From Bacteroidaceae bacterium (GTDB taxonomy: Bacteria > Bacteroidota > Bacteroidia > Bacteroidales > Barnesiellaceae_A): DNA of 64,000 nucleotides. Where the stretch lies: contig JAFXJY010000034.1 in NCBI GenBank assembly GCA_017531985.1, forward strand, positions 1,214-65,213, written 5' to 3'. The position numbers and the translations under genes are program-made. Each line of letters starts with the position of its first letter. The stretch's first letter is position 1. Positions 22,501 to 32,026 of this stretch are shown here, in pieces. Below the pieces are notes generated by a model. It did not search any database. It was not told where the DNA came from and was given only the letters and a program-made list of their open reading frames with translations.

Positions 22501-22897
22501 CTGTGCCCAGAATAACGAAAGTCGCGATGGCATCACCGAGTTTAACGGTACAAGCGAATCGATACTATTCACCAACCGCAAATCGACAGAATTGACAACT
22601 GCCACATTCGATAATATCGAAATCATTGGAAGTTTCACATTCACACTCGGTTACAAGTCGGCTGTTAAGATTTACATCGATATAGAACCTTTCAATAATG
22701 CCATCGATGATATAACACAGGTGAACAGTACGATAAGTTATCGCAACCACACGATTACAGCCGAAGGTACAATAGAAGTCTACAATCTGCAAGGTTCACT
22801 CGTAAGCACAGGCATAGGTCATGTCGACATGCATCATGCGGCACGCGGCATCTACATAGTCAAGTGCGGTAACAATATACGCAAGATAGTTCGATAA
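19502..22897 (+). CDS. multimodular PL1 pectate lyase, T9SS-secreted
   Basis: Signal peptide; VWVHHC and RHPRVR PL1 motifs; InlB-B-like repeats (PTKEGYTFTGW); Big_2-like YESSNASVASID; CTD VYNLQG...GIYIVK. Confidence 0.85.
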   Translation: MKHRLLSLLILLTSILSIQAQVTIKHVEGWFESAYMTWNHYPDADMYNVYIKGVNETSWTQLDKELIRNYGYYGRADMVGLKAGNYQFKIEAMSAGNVIAGSTSTSSTVTVQSYDRAGFAHLDGEAVGAYNNDGTLKANARVLYIDNTNVDKVSLPILNGKSETTLTGLGEILKGYEKGLETRPLAIRFIGDINMTSSQLYGDADAMQIKGKNNNIPMHITFEGIGNDAYLSDWGLVIVRSNNIEVRNLGIMLFNDDGISLKESVKVWVHHCDIFYGKAGSAADQDKGDGSLDTKDDSQYCTYSYIHFWDAGKMALCGMKSESGPNYMSYHHNWFDHSDSRHPRVRRMTVHVYNNYYDGVAKYGVGATTGSSIFVESNYFRNTNRPMMSSLQGTDATGDGTFSGENGGIIKSYGNLFVECSNNFSYITANNVEGSGATAVSATSFDAYHATSRNEQVPSTYKTLNGGTTYDNFDTNSTLMYQYTADDAIAVPAKVKSQAGRMQGGDFTWLGFDNSVEDHNYAIIDGLMSAVTGYKTSLVEIGSFTKTTAAPSTYTVTYYADVEGTQIFKTMTEQIAIVYPEGTPTKEGYTFTGWSAIRGAAIKGNIDVYPTFSDGKNSTGGTTSGGESTTVVRKWNFTSWSSTTQSIITSDNAWVQASDGTNRYDRTFDTATDLGLEETEGITFQGKVRVSWDSSKGQYLQGTFTMNVPVEAGQIITVNFSNTGSSNGTRDLLINGNVVASSSNTSSIDGSYTIPEGINIVTITGSAGLNYRSITLTETSSSSTPTDKEKPTFSYSATSATIDLADATNNLPILNNTSDGVVRYESSNASVASIDANGVVTPLSVGTTIIKASVSETESYTAATTQYTLTVTDRNAPTYTVTFMVGEEVFAIMEEQTVVVYPDKRPSVSGHIFLGWDVKEGTLLTQDTFINAILEEVTAETIILKAGDFPNGYAIDNATSGELYTYSDNTKSHEIFTLTDGQHTVTLPDGVKATKVTFYGCAQNNESRDGITEFNGTSESILFTNRKSTELTTATFDNIEIIGSFTFTLGYKSAVKIYIDIEPFNNAIDDITQVNSTISYRNHTITAEGTIEVYNLQGSLVSTGIGHVDMHHAARGIYIVKCGNNIRKIVR

Positions 22898-22923
22898 CAA
22901 AAAAAATCTTCATAACACTCTCC

Positions 22924-22957
22924 AACGAGGTGGCTTACCCAACAAAGCCACCTCGTT
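22924..22957 (+). terminator. terminator-like hairpin
   Basis: AACGAGGTGGCTT...AAGCCACCTCGTT. Confidence 0.7.
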
Positions 22958-23100
22958 CCTATTTCACACCTACATTAACTGAATATAACTAATTTGACAT
23001 ATTTGATACTAAAAAAAACATAATATAGAGTATGCATATCCTATTTTTATATAACTTTGCAACGATGAAAAAGTTATTATTCTCCTAAAAAGAATGTTTG

Positions 23101-24324
23101 ATGCAGATTAATATACCTACTGAAAATATCAAGAAGAAGTGCTACACATTAATAGAGAAAGGAAAACGAATAAAGACTTTACCTTTATGGAGTAAATACC
23201 TCATTATAGGAACTCCTATTCTCTTAATTATAACCATAGTCATACTTCTCAATCTACCCGAGAAGTCAACTCCCATATATCCCACTGTTGAAGCACAACC
23301 CGTCATCGTGGATAATGTTGAATTATACGGTGAATATGCAGGAAAAATCAAGGCTAAACAACATGTTGAAGTGCGTGCCAGAGTAGAAGGTTACTTGGAA
23401 AAGATGCACTTTCAAGAAGGAAAATATATCAATAAAAATGAGATACTTTTTACTATCGACCCTAAACTCTACAAGGCACGAGTAGAAAAAGCCAAAGCAC
23501 AATTGAACAAAAACAAAGCCTTGTCACAAAAGGCCGAACGCGATCTCGAACGCATACGACCTCTATACGAACAAAATGCGGCCAGTCGACTCGACTTGGA
23601 CAATGCCATTGCCGCATACGAGAGTGCCAAGGCCGAGGTAATCATGAGCGAAGCCGACCTCATACAAGCCGAGATAGCGTTGAGCTACACAGTGGTACGA
23701 TCGCCCATCTCAGGATTTATCAGCGAAAGTGATGCCGACATAGGAACACTGGTGGGCCCGGGTGGAAAATCACTCTTGGCAACTATCGTAAATAGTGATA
23801 CTGTACAAGTCAATTTCAGCATGACAGGACTCGACTACCTCAAAAGCAAAGAACGCAATGTCAACTTAGGACAGAAAATCGAGGAACGGAACTGGAACCC
23901 CTATATAACCATTACACTGGCCGACCACTCCGAATACCCGTTAAAGGGTATGGTTGACTTTGCCGACCCGCAAGTCAATCCCAACACCGGAACATTCTCA
24001 GTGCGTGCCGAGATGCCCAACCCCGACCACATACTACTGCCGGGACAACTCACCAAGGTAAGGCTGCTGTTGGATGTTCGAGAGAATGCCATCATCGTAC
24101 CCAAGAAAGCCCTTGTCATTGAAAAAGGAGGTGCATTTGTATTCGTTGTCCGACAAGACAACATCGTGGAAAAGCGTTTCATCGAAATAGGACCTGAAAT
24201 CAAGAACAACGTTATTGTTGAAAGAGGACTCGGCTCGAACGAAATGATTATAGTTGAAGGATTTCACAAACTATCTCATGGCATGCAGGTTGAGATTGTC
24301 AAACCGGTAAGCAATGAAGAATAA
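23101..24324 (+). CDS. RND efflux periplasmic adaptor (AcrA-like)
   Basis: VEVRARVEGYL, YTVVRSPISG, VNPNTGTFSVRA; start uncertain. Confidence 0.92.
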   Translation: MQINIPTENIKKKCYTLIEKGKRIKTLPLWSKYLIIGTPILLIITIVILLNLPEKSTPIYPTVEAQPVIVDNVELYGEYAGKIKAKQHVEVRARVEGYLEKMHFQEGKYINKNEILFTIDPKLYKARVEKAKAQLNKNKALSQKAERDLERIRPLYEQNAASRLDLDNAIAAYESAKAEVIMSEADLIQAEIALSYTVVRSPISGFISESDADIGTLVGPGGKSLLATIVNSDTVQVNFSMTGLDYLKSKERNVNLGQKIEERNWNPYITITLADHSEYPLKGMVDFADPQVNPNTGTFSVRAEMPNPDHILLPGQLTKVRLLLDVRENAIIVPKKALVIEKGGAFVFVVRQDNIVEKRFIEIGPEIKNNVIVERGLGSNEMIIVEGFHKLSHGMQVEIVKPVSNEE

Positions 24325-27300
24325 TTTTTTTATAGATCGTCCTATATTTTCAACAGTTATATCCATTATAATTGTTCTCACGGGATTGATAGGAGTGGTA
24401 TTACTACCTATCGACCAATATCCCAATATCGTACCTCCCGTAGTCAAAATTTCGGCTTCATACCCGGGAGCCAGTGCCGAGACGGTATCACAAGCCGTAG
24501 CAACTCCCATCGAACAAGTGCTGAATGGAACTCCGGGAATGCTATACATGGAATCGCGAAGTGCCAACAACGGAAGTTTCTCGGCGACACTCACATTCGA
24601 CATTTCGACCAATGCCGACCTGGCAGCCGTAGAAGTACAGAACAGAGTAAAAGAAGCCGAGTCACGTCTTCCTGGTGAGGTAGTACAGAATGGTATATCG
24701 ATAGACAAACAAGCATCCAGCAAGTTAATGACTATCGTACTGAAATCAAGCGATCCCAAATTTGACGAAATATATCTAAGCAACTACGCCACACTCAACG
24801 TATTAGACATGCTACGTCGTGTCAACGGCATCGGACAAGTATCGAACATAGGCAGTCGATACTATGCTATGCAGATCAAGGTTCGCCCCGAAAATCTGGC
24901 AGCTCTCGGTCTGACCGTACAAGATATAACCAACGCTATCAAAGAACAAAATAGAGAGTCGGCTGCCGGAGTCATGGGACAACAACCTATCGATGGCATA
25001 GATATAACCATCCCCATCGTAGCTCGTGGTCGTCTATCATCGATAAGCGAATTTGAGGACATCGTCATCAAAGCCAATAGCGACGGCTCGATACTACGCC
25101 TCCGAGATGTAGCCGACATCGAGCTTGAAGCTCAATCCTACAACACCGAGAGTGGCATTAACGGAGATAATGCCGCAGTATTGGAACTGAAAATGTTACC
25201 GGGGATGAATGCCATGGAGGTATCAAAAGAAGTTAAAAAGGCGATGGAAGAAATAAGTCGCAACTTCCCACAAGGTATTACCTACGAAATACCCTTCGAC
25301 ATGACCGAATACATTTCTCAGTCCATCAATGAGGTATATAAGACCCTGTTTGAGGCTCTGATATTAGTCATTTTAGTAGTATTTCTCTCGTTACAGAGTT
25401 GGCGTTCGACTCTCATACCGGCCATAGCTGTTCCCATTTCACTGATAGGAACATTCGGTGTGATGTTGGTTTTTGGGTTCACACTCAACACACTTACATT
25501 ACTGGGTCTTGTGCTTGCCATAGGTACCGTTGTGGATGACGCTATTGTGGTAGTGGAGAATGTCGATATGCTCATGAAAAAAGAGGGATTATCGGCCTAC
25601 GAAGCAACAAAGAAGGCTATGAACGGACTGGCAAGTGCATTGATCGCCACATCGCTCGTATTGTGTGCTGTATTCATTCCTGTCAGTTTCTTGTCGGGCA
25701 TTACCGGTTCTCTGTATCGACAATTCACCATCACCATAGCCGTTTCGGTTATCATCTCCACATTTGTAGCACTTACACTCAGTCCGGTTATGTGTTCAAA
25801 GATTCTACAAAAAAATGAACCGAACAATCGCTGGCTGACACCCCTCTTTACTGCAATCAATCGTTGGCTCGACAAGGGCAATAAGATATATAGCCGACTC
25901 ATCCGGAGTTCCATCAACAACTCATCACGAGTATTTATATCTTATGCAGTTGCTATTGTACTGATACTTCTGCTTACAAGGTACATTCCTCAGAGTTTTA
26001 TACCACAGGAAGACCAAGGTTACTTCACCGTAGAGTTAGAACTACCCGAGGGTGCATCATTGGAACGCACTCGTGAAGTATCGGATCGTGCCATGGAATA
26101 TTTACTTTCACTCAATGATGTTAAGCATGTACTGAACGTAACCGGTAGCAGTCCACGCCTCGGCACAAGCCAATCGCATTGCCAGTTTACAGTCATCATG
26201 AAAGAATGGGACAAGAGAAAAGATAAAGACTTGGCAGTTATTATGAAACAGATACGAGAACACTTTCATTCTTACCCCGAAGCCAAAGTTTACATGAACA
26301 CCCCTCCGGTTATCCCGGGACTGGGAGCATCGGGCGGATTTGAAATGGTTCTCGAAGCAAGAGGTGGCATGAATTACGACAACCTTAAAGCTGCCACCGA
26401 TACACTAATCTACTACGCATCGCAACGCAAGGAGTTGGCTCGCATATCGTCTTCGATGCAGGATGAAATACCTCAATTATACCTGAACATCGACCGCGAC
26501 ATGGCCAAACTCATGGGAGTATCGGTTGCCGATATTTTCACTACAATGAAAGCCTTCACCGGCTCGGTATACGTCAATGATTTCAATCTTTTCAATCGAG
26601 TATATCGCGTATATCTTCAAGCAGAAGCACCCTATCGGGCACACCCCGACAACATGAACTTGTACTTTGTCAAGGGAAATAGCGGTGAAATGATACCCAT
26701 CACGTCATTGGGTACGACATCCTACGTTACAGGTCCGGGTAGTCTGAAAAGGTTTAACATGTACTATGCATCAACCATTACCGGCGAAAGTGCCTCGGGA
26801 TATAGTTCGGGACAAGCTATGAAGGTGTTAGAAGAGATTGCAGCCGAGAAGTTACCTCCCAACATCGGCATCGAGTGGAGCGGACTGTCGTATCAAGAGA
26901 AGAAACAAAGCGGACAGACAGGAATTGTCATTCTACTCGCCTTCTTATTCGTCTTTCTGTTCTTGGCTGCTCAGTACGAAAGTTGGTCAATTCCCATTGC
27001 CGTACTCTTGTCACTACCTGCTGCCTGCATAGGAGCTTTTGTAGGAATCGGAATATCGGGACTTGAAAATAATATCTATTTCCAGATAGGTATAGTAATG
27101 CTCATAGGTATGGCAGCCAAAAATGCCATCCTCATTGTAGAGTTTGCCCAAGAACAAGTAGAGAAGGGTGTTGATGCGATGGAAGCTGCTGTTATAGCCG
27201 GCACAATGCGATTTCGCCCCATTGTCATGACTTCATTAACATTCATCTTGGGTATGTTACCACTGCTGTGGGCTTCGGGTCCCGGCTCGGCAAGCCGACA

Positions 27301-27430
27301 GAGTATAGGTGTTGGCATTTTTAGCGGTATGCTTGTTGCCATGACCATCGGCATTATTTTAGTACCCTTCTTCTTTGTATGGATACATAAAATCAAGGAA
27401 CGTGTAAAAACCAAACGAGAGAAAGTATGA
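24314..27430 (+). CDS. HAE1 RND efflux permease (AcrB-like)
   Basis: FFIDRPIF, GTVVDDAIVVVEN, KNAILIVEF, RFRPIVMTS. Confidence 0.96.
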   Translation: MKNNFFIDRPIFSTVISIIIVLTGLIGVVLLPIDQYPNIVPPVVKISASYPGASAETVSQAVATPIEQVLNGTPGMLYMESRSANNGSFSATLTFDISTNADLAAVEVQNRVKEAESRLPGEVVQNGISIDKQASSKLMTIVLKSSDPKFDEIYLSNYATLNVLDMLRRVNGIGQVSNIGSRYYAMQIKVRPENLAALGLTVQDITNAIKEQNRESAAGVMGQQPIDGIDITIPIVARGRLSSISEFEDIVIKANSDGSILRLRDVADIELEAQSYNTESGINGDNAAVLELKMLPGMNAMEVSKEVKKAMEEISRNFPQGITYEIPFDMTEYISQSINEVYKTLFEALILVILVVFLSLQSWRSTLIPAIAVPISLIGTFGVMLVFGFTLNTLTLLGLVLAIGTVVDDAIVVVENVDMLMKKEGLSAYEATKKAMNGLASALIATSLVLCAVFIPVSFLSGITGSLYRQFTITIAVSVIISTFVALTLSPVMCSKILQKNEPNNRWLTPLFTAINRWLDKGNKIYSRLIRSSINNSSRVFISYAVAIVLILLLTRYIPQSFIPQEDQGYFTVELELPEGASLERTREVSDRAMEYLLSLNDVKHVLNVTGSSPRLGTSQSHCQFTVIMKEWDKRKDKDLAVIMKQIREHFHSYPEAKVYMNTPPVIPGLGASGGFEMVLEARGGMNYDNLKAATDTLIYYASQRKELARISSSMQDEIPQLYLNIDRDMAKLMGVSVADIFTTMKAFTGSVYVNDFNLFNRVYRVYLQAEAPYRAHPDNMNLYFVKGNSGEMIPITSLGTTSYVTGPGSLKRFNMYYASTITGESASGYSSGQAMKVLEEIAAEKLPPNIGIEWSGLSYQEKKQSGQTGIVILLAFLFVFLFLAAQYESWSIPIAVLLSLPAACIGAFVGIGISGLENNIYFQIGIVMLIGMAAKNAILIVEFAQEQVEKGVDAMEAAVIAGTMRFRPIVMTSLTFILGMLPLLWASGPGSASRQSIGVGIFSGMLVAMTIGIILVPFFFVWIHKIKERVKTKREKV

Positions 27431-28794
27431 GACAATTATTATACATCATCATCGTTGCATTACTTACATGCGGATGTTCAATATCGAAACGATGTGTAGC
27501 ACCCGAGGTGGAACTTCCTGCCGAAATAGTAGCCGGCATGGAGGCCGACTCGATGTGCATGGCCGATCTGAAATGGTACGATATATTTGCCGACTCATGT
27601 CTTGTTGAGCTTATCGAGATGACTATCGCAAACAACAAAGACCTACTCTCAGCTACGGCAAAGGTCGAAGAGTTAGAAAAATTGTACCGCGTAGCAAAAA
27701 GCGATTATTTTCCATCGCTCGATGCCGATGCTTATGTCGACCATGAGACCAACGACAAAAGTAATGCCGAGGCCACAGCCGATTTAGAAGTATCGGCTAC
27801 GTTAACTCTTTCATGGGAACTCGACTTCTTTGGCAGAGTACGCTGGAACAATCGTCAAGCTCTTGCCAATTATCTGAAAACAGTTGAAGGGCAACGCACA
27901 CTTCAAATGATATTAGTTGCCGATGTAGCCACAGCATACTTTGAACTGATAGCTCTTGACAACGAACTGGACATTATCACCCGCACACTCGATACGCGAG
28001 AAGAAGACTTAAACAAAGCCAAACTCCGATTTGAAGGAGGTCTGACATCCGAAATACCCTATCGGCAGGCCATTGTAGAGTATGCAACAACAGCCTCTCT
28101 CATACCCGACTTACGTCGCAAAATAGAGACCAAAGAGAACAAGATATCGGTACTGACAGGACAAATGCCTACAAGCATTCGCCGATCGGCAATATCGCGT
28201 TACAATGATTCTAAGCTACTCCCCGAGGTAGGTATTCCATCAGACCTGCTTCGACGTCGTCCCGACCTGCGAGCAAGTGAGCAATCGCTAAAAGCAGCTA
28301 TGGCAGCAGCCGGATATGCTTGGGCTGATAGGTTTCCACGTTTCTCCATAAGCCTACAAGGTGGCTTAGAAAACAATGCTTTTGAAGGCTTCCTTTCAGC
28401 TCCTTTTACTTACATGTTGGGCGAACTGACAGCACCAATATTTGCCTTTGGCAAGCGTAAAGCTAAGTATGAGGCTGCTATTAAAGCCTATGACGCAGAG
28501 CGATACCAATACGAAAAATTGGTATTACAAGCATTTCAAGAAGTCAACGATGCTGTTATAGCCTACACCTCGGCCAATGAAAAGGTAGAACTCATGACCA
28601 ATCTTAAAGAATCGGCTCAGAAATATCTCAATTTAGCGATGTTCCAGCACATCAATGGTCACATCAACTATATAAACGTACTGGATGCTCAACGCAGTTA
28701 TCTCAATGCCGAAATTGACCTCTCCAATGCTATTAGGGACGAATACATTGCCTTGATAGTATTATATAAGGCTCTTGGTGGAGGATGGAATTAA
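27427..28794 (+). CDS. outer membrane efflux lipoprotein (OprM/TolC family)
   Basis: Lipobox-like LTCGC, WELDFFG, LLRRRPDL, LYKALGGGW. Confidence 0.95.
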   Translation: MRQLLYIIIVALLTCGCSISKRCVAPEVELPAEIVAGMEADSMCMADLKWYDIFADSCLVELIEMTIANNKDLLSATAKVEELEKLYRVAKSDYFPSLDADAYVDHETNDKSNAEATADLEVSATLTLSWELDFFGRVRWNNRQALANYLKTVEGQRTLQMILVADVATAYFELIALDNELDIITRTLDTREEDLNKAKLRFEGGLTSEIPYRQAIVEYATTASLIPDLRRKIETKENKISVLTGQMPTSIRRSAISRYNDSKLLPEVGIPSDLLRRRPDLRASEQSLKAAMAAAGYAWADRFPRFSISLQGGLENNAFEGFLSAPFTYMLGELTAPIFAFGKRKAKYEAAIKAYDAERYQYEKLVLQAFQEVNDAVIAYTSANEKVELMTNLKESAQKYLNLAMFQHINGHINYINVLDAQRSYLNAEIDLSNAIRDEYIALIVLYKALGGGWN

Positions 28795-28954
28795 ACGTAC
28801 CACCATGCGAGTTTCAGCTTAAAGGAACCACTCCATTATAATCTTCACAAACCCTATTTTTGCTAAAAATTGTTCTTCCAACTCATTATGTCGCAAAAAT
28901 ATCTTACTTTTGCAATTTATATGATATTCAGTATCGATATAGGGTAATAAAAAT

Positions 28955-29395
28955 ATGGAAAACAGAGAAAAGCAACAACAGCTCGACGAGCGATACATAC
29001 GCATGGCTCGAATATGGGGTGAAAATTCATACTGCAAACGCCGACAAGTAGGAGCTTTGTTGGTCAAGGAGAAGATGATTATCTCCGATGGTTTCAACGG
29101 CACGCCTTCGGGGTTTGAGAATATCTGCGAGGATGAGAATGGTCGCACCAAACCTTATGTACTACATGCAGAAGCCAATGCCATAACCAAGGTAGCACGC
29201 AGCAATAACAGCAGCGAAGGAGCAACCCTCTATGTTACCTGCTCACCCTGTATCGAATGTGCCAAGCTTATCATACAAGCCGGTATAAGAAGAGTCGTAT
29301 TCTCCGAGCTATATCACAACACCGATGGTGTAGAGTTGCTTGAACGAAACGGCATAGAAATTGTATATATAAATGATAAAAAAACAGACGAATGA
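28955..29395 (+). CDS. dCMP deaminase
   Basis: HAEANAI and PCIECAK zinc motifs. Confidence 0.93.
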   Translation: MENREKQQQLDERYIRMARIWGENSYCKRRQVGALLVKEKMIISDGFNGTPSGFENICEDENGRTKPYVLHAEANAITKVARSNNSSEGATLYVTCSPCIECAKLIIQAGIRRVVFSELYHNTDGVELLERNGIEIVYINDKKTDE

Positions 29396-31056
29396 AAGAG
29401 CCTCAATTTAATTACGCATGGCTGCCATTTTGGGCTGCTGTAACAATGGTTGCAGGTATTCTTATCGGCAACTGGAACTCCAACTCGACCGAATATCAGT
29501 TCTACGATACTTACGACTTTGAATACTCCCGTCGCAACAACCTCAACATGTTATTGCATGCCATAGAGCAACAATATGTCGATAGCGTCAACAGCAAAGA
29601 ACTGACCGACAATGCTATGGCAAGCATCCTTCGCGAACTTGATCCACACTCGGCCTACATCCCTGCCGAGGATATGGAGAGTGCCACCGAGGACCTTGAA
29701 GGCTCATTCTCGGGTATCGGTATACAATTCAATCTGCTCAACGACACCATCAATGTAGTAGATGTTATCTCAGGCGGACCTTCGGAGAGAAGCGGACTGC
29801 TACCGGGCGACCGCATCATAACCGTCGACGACTCGTTGTTTGTAGGTAAGAGTATCTCCAACGAGCGTGTCATGAAGCATTTGCGTGGTAAGAAAGGTTC
29901 TATCGTCAAGCTGGGCATCAAACGCCAAGGCTCAGAAGATTTATTACAATTTGAGATAGAACGAGGCGACATTCCCCTACACAGTGTCGATGCCGCATAT
30001 ATAATAGAACCGGGTATAGGATACATCCTCATCAGCAAGTTTGGTCGCACTACTTACGAAGAGTTTCTTGTAGCCTTGGCACGACTCACTAACGAGGGAG
30101 CCGAGAGTTATATCATTGACTTGCGAGGCAACGGAGGAGGCTACATGGATGCAGCCATTAACATGGTAAATGAGTTTATGCTCATGAACCAGCTCATCGT
30201 CTACACCGAAGGACGAGCCATAACACGCGAAGAAGCGAGAGCCAACGGCATGGGGTCGTTCAAAGAACAACCCATCATAGTACTCACCGACGAGTGGTCG
30301 GCATCGGCAAGTGAAATTTTTGCCGGAGCTATTCAAGACAACGACAGAGGACTGATTGTGGGTCGTCGCTCATTTGGCAAGGGATTGGTTCAGAGTCAAA
30401 TACCCTTCTCCGACGGGTCGGCAGTACGCCTTACAATAGCTCGTTACCACACACCATCGGGACGTTGCATTCAGAAAGAATATAAGATGGGCGACAATGA
30501 GGACTACGAGTTGGATATACTCAATCGCTACAATCGAGGAGAGTTTTTCAACGCCGACAGCATACACCAGCACACCGATCTAATATACCACACCGTTGGT
30601 GGTCGCACCGTGTATGGTGGAGGTGGTATCATGCCCGACGTATTCATTCCGAGCGACACCACCCACGTCACACCTTATTATAATAATGTTATCAACAAGA
30701 GTCTGCTTTACAAGTATGCCTTTGAATATGTTGACAAGAATCGCACCAAGCTATCAAAGGCACACGACTATAAAGAGCTGCTCGCAATGCTGGATAGCGA
30801 GAGACTACTCAACGACTTTATAAAATATGCTGCCAAGAATGGTGTTCAGGCTCAATATAACGAGATAAACAAGTCACGCAAAGTTCTTATCCGACTGCTC
30901 GAAGCATATATTGCTCGCGACATCATGGGCGATGAAGCATTCTATCCCATCTTCATGCGTGACGATGATGTAATAGAGAAAGCCTGTCAACTTATCAGGG
31001 AGGGTAAAGCCTACCCTTCATTACCCGAAACGACCTCGCACGAGGATGAAAAGTAA
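29392..31056 (+). CDS. S41 carboxy-terminal processing protease
   Basis: LDPHS, PDZ domain, DLRGNGGG, SASASEI, FGKGLVQ. Confidence 0.95.
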   Translation: MKEPQFNYAWLPFWAAVTMVAGILIGNWNSNSTEYQFYDTYDFEYSRRNNLNMLLHAIEQQYVDSVNSKELTDNAMASILRELDPHSAYIPAEDMESATEDLEGSFSGIGIQFNLLNDTINVVDVISGGPSERSGLLPGDRIITVDDSLFVGKSISNERVMKHLRGKKGSIVKLGIKRQGSEDLLQFEIERGDIPLHSVDAAYIIEPGIGYILISKFGRTTYEEFLVALARLTNEGAESYIIDLRGNGGGYMDAAINMVNEFMLMNQLIVYTEGRAITREEARANGMGSFKEQPIIVLTDEWSASASEIFAGAIQDNDRGLIVGRRSFGKGLVQSQIPFSDGSAVRLTIARYHTPSGRCIQKEYKMGDNEDYELDILNRYNRGEFFNADSIHQHTDLIYHTVGGRTVYGGGGIMPDVFIPSDTTHVTPYYNNVINKSLLYKYAFEYVDKNRTKLSKAHDYKELLAMLDSERLLNDFIKYAAKNGVQAQYNEINKSRKVLIRLLEAYIARDIMGDEAFYPIFMRDDDVIEKACQLIREGKAYPSLPETTSHEDEK

Positions 31057-31615
31057 CAAAATCATGATAGACAAGAAAGCACTTCGCAAAGAAATGAAAC
31101 AACGCAAGGCTGCCTTGACACCCGAACAGAAGGCAACCGAAAGTGAGCGTGTGTGGCAACATATAGAGCAACTATCGTGTTTCCGACAAGCCCATCACAT
31201 ATTGCTATACCACTCACTCCCCGATGAGCTTATAACGCACAACATCATAGAGCGATGGGCTACACAAGGTAAAGAAATATATCTCCCCGTAGTCATTGGT
31301 GATGACCTTGTCATACGCCGCTACGACCACGAAGCCATGCAACAAGGAGAGTTCAACATCATGGAGCCTATGGGCAATGACATAGATACCGAAGTGATAC
31401 AACTCATTATAGTTCCCGGGGTCGCATTTGACAGCAACGGCAACAGACTGGGTCGTGGCAAAGGATACTATGACCGACTTTTGTCGCGAACATCATCCAC
31501 TTGTATAGGTGTGTGTTATAATTGCCAATTGGTCGACCTGATTCCTACCGAACCACACGATCACGTCATGCAATATATAGTCACTCCGCAAGGCGTAATA
31601 AAGAGTCCTATATAA
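31046..31615 (+). CDS. 5-formyltetrahydrofolate cyclo-ligase
   Basis: IVPGVAFD...RLGRGKGYYDR. Confidence 0.95.
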   Translation: MKSNKIMIDKKALRKEMKQRKAALTPEQKATESERVWQHIEQLSCFRQAHHILLYHSLPDELITHNIIERWATQGKEIYLPVVIGDDLVIRRYDHEAMQQGEFNIMEPMGNDIDTEVIQLIIVPGVAFDSNGNRLGRGKGYYDRLLSRTSSTCIGVCYNCQLVDLIPTEPHDHVMQYIVTPQGVIKSPI

Positions 31616-31740
31616 GAAAAATAGCTTCACTTCTACAACATTTGCAAAAAAGAGTATAAAGAAACTTGGTAAATTCAAAAAAAGTACCTAATTTTGCACT
31701 CCGATAAATTGAAAGAATAATAACATAAAAATATCAGGCA

Positions 31741-31896
31741 ATGAAAAGAACATTTCAACCCTCTAACAGAAAAAGAGTTAACAAGCACGGTTTCCGCTTG
31801 AGAATGTCTACCGCTAATGGTCGTCGCGTTCTCGCCAGCCGTCGTGCAAAAGGTCGCAAGGTACTCACCGTATCGGACGAAATGTACAAGAAGTAA
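31741..31896 (+). CDS. rpmH: 50S ribosomal protein L34 (absent from the ORF track, 51 aa)
   Basis: Hand translation [51 protein letters not shown]. Confidence 0.98.
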   Translation: MKRTFQPSNRKRVNKHGFRLRMSTANGRRVLASRRAKGRKVLTVSDEMYKK

Positions 31897-31956
31897 TCTT
31901 GCCTCATGGCTTGATTACGAGTCCGATTCTATATTGGATTCCTACTAACATTCGAT

Positions 31957-31996
31957 ACAAACGGCAGCACATCCGCATGGATGTGCTGCCGTTTGT
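31957..31996. terminator. bidirectional terminator between convergent rpmH and phosphatase genes
   Basis: Perfect 18-bp stem ACAAACGGCAGCACATCC-GCAT-GGATGTGCTGCCGTTTGT. Confidence 0.85.
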
Positions 31997-32026
31997 GTAT
32001 TGATAATATACGACTTATCGCTATAA

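Noticed and set aside
31046-31615. 6S RNA upstream of the 5-formyl-THF cyclo-ligase gene
   Set aside because: The gene overlaps the S41 protease CDS, leaving no room
31741-31896. Replication origin near rpmH
   Set aside because: No dnaA, rnpA or DnaA-box cluster nearby
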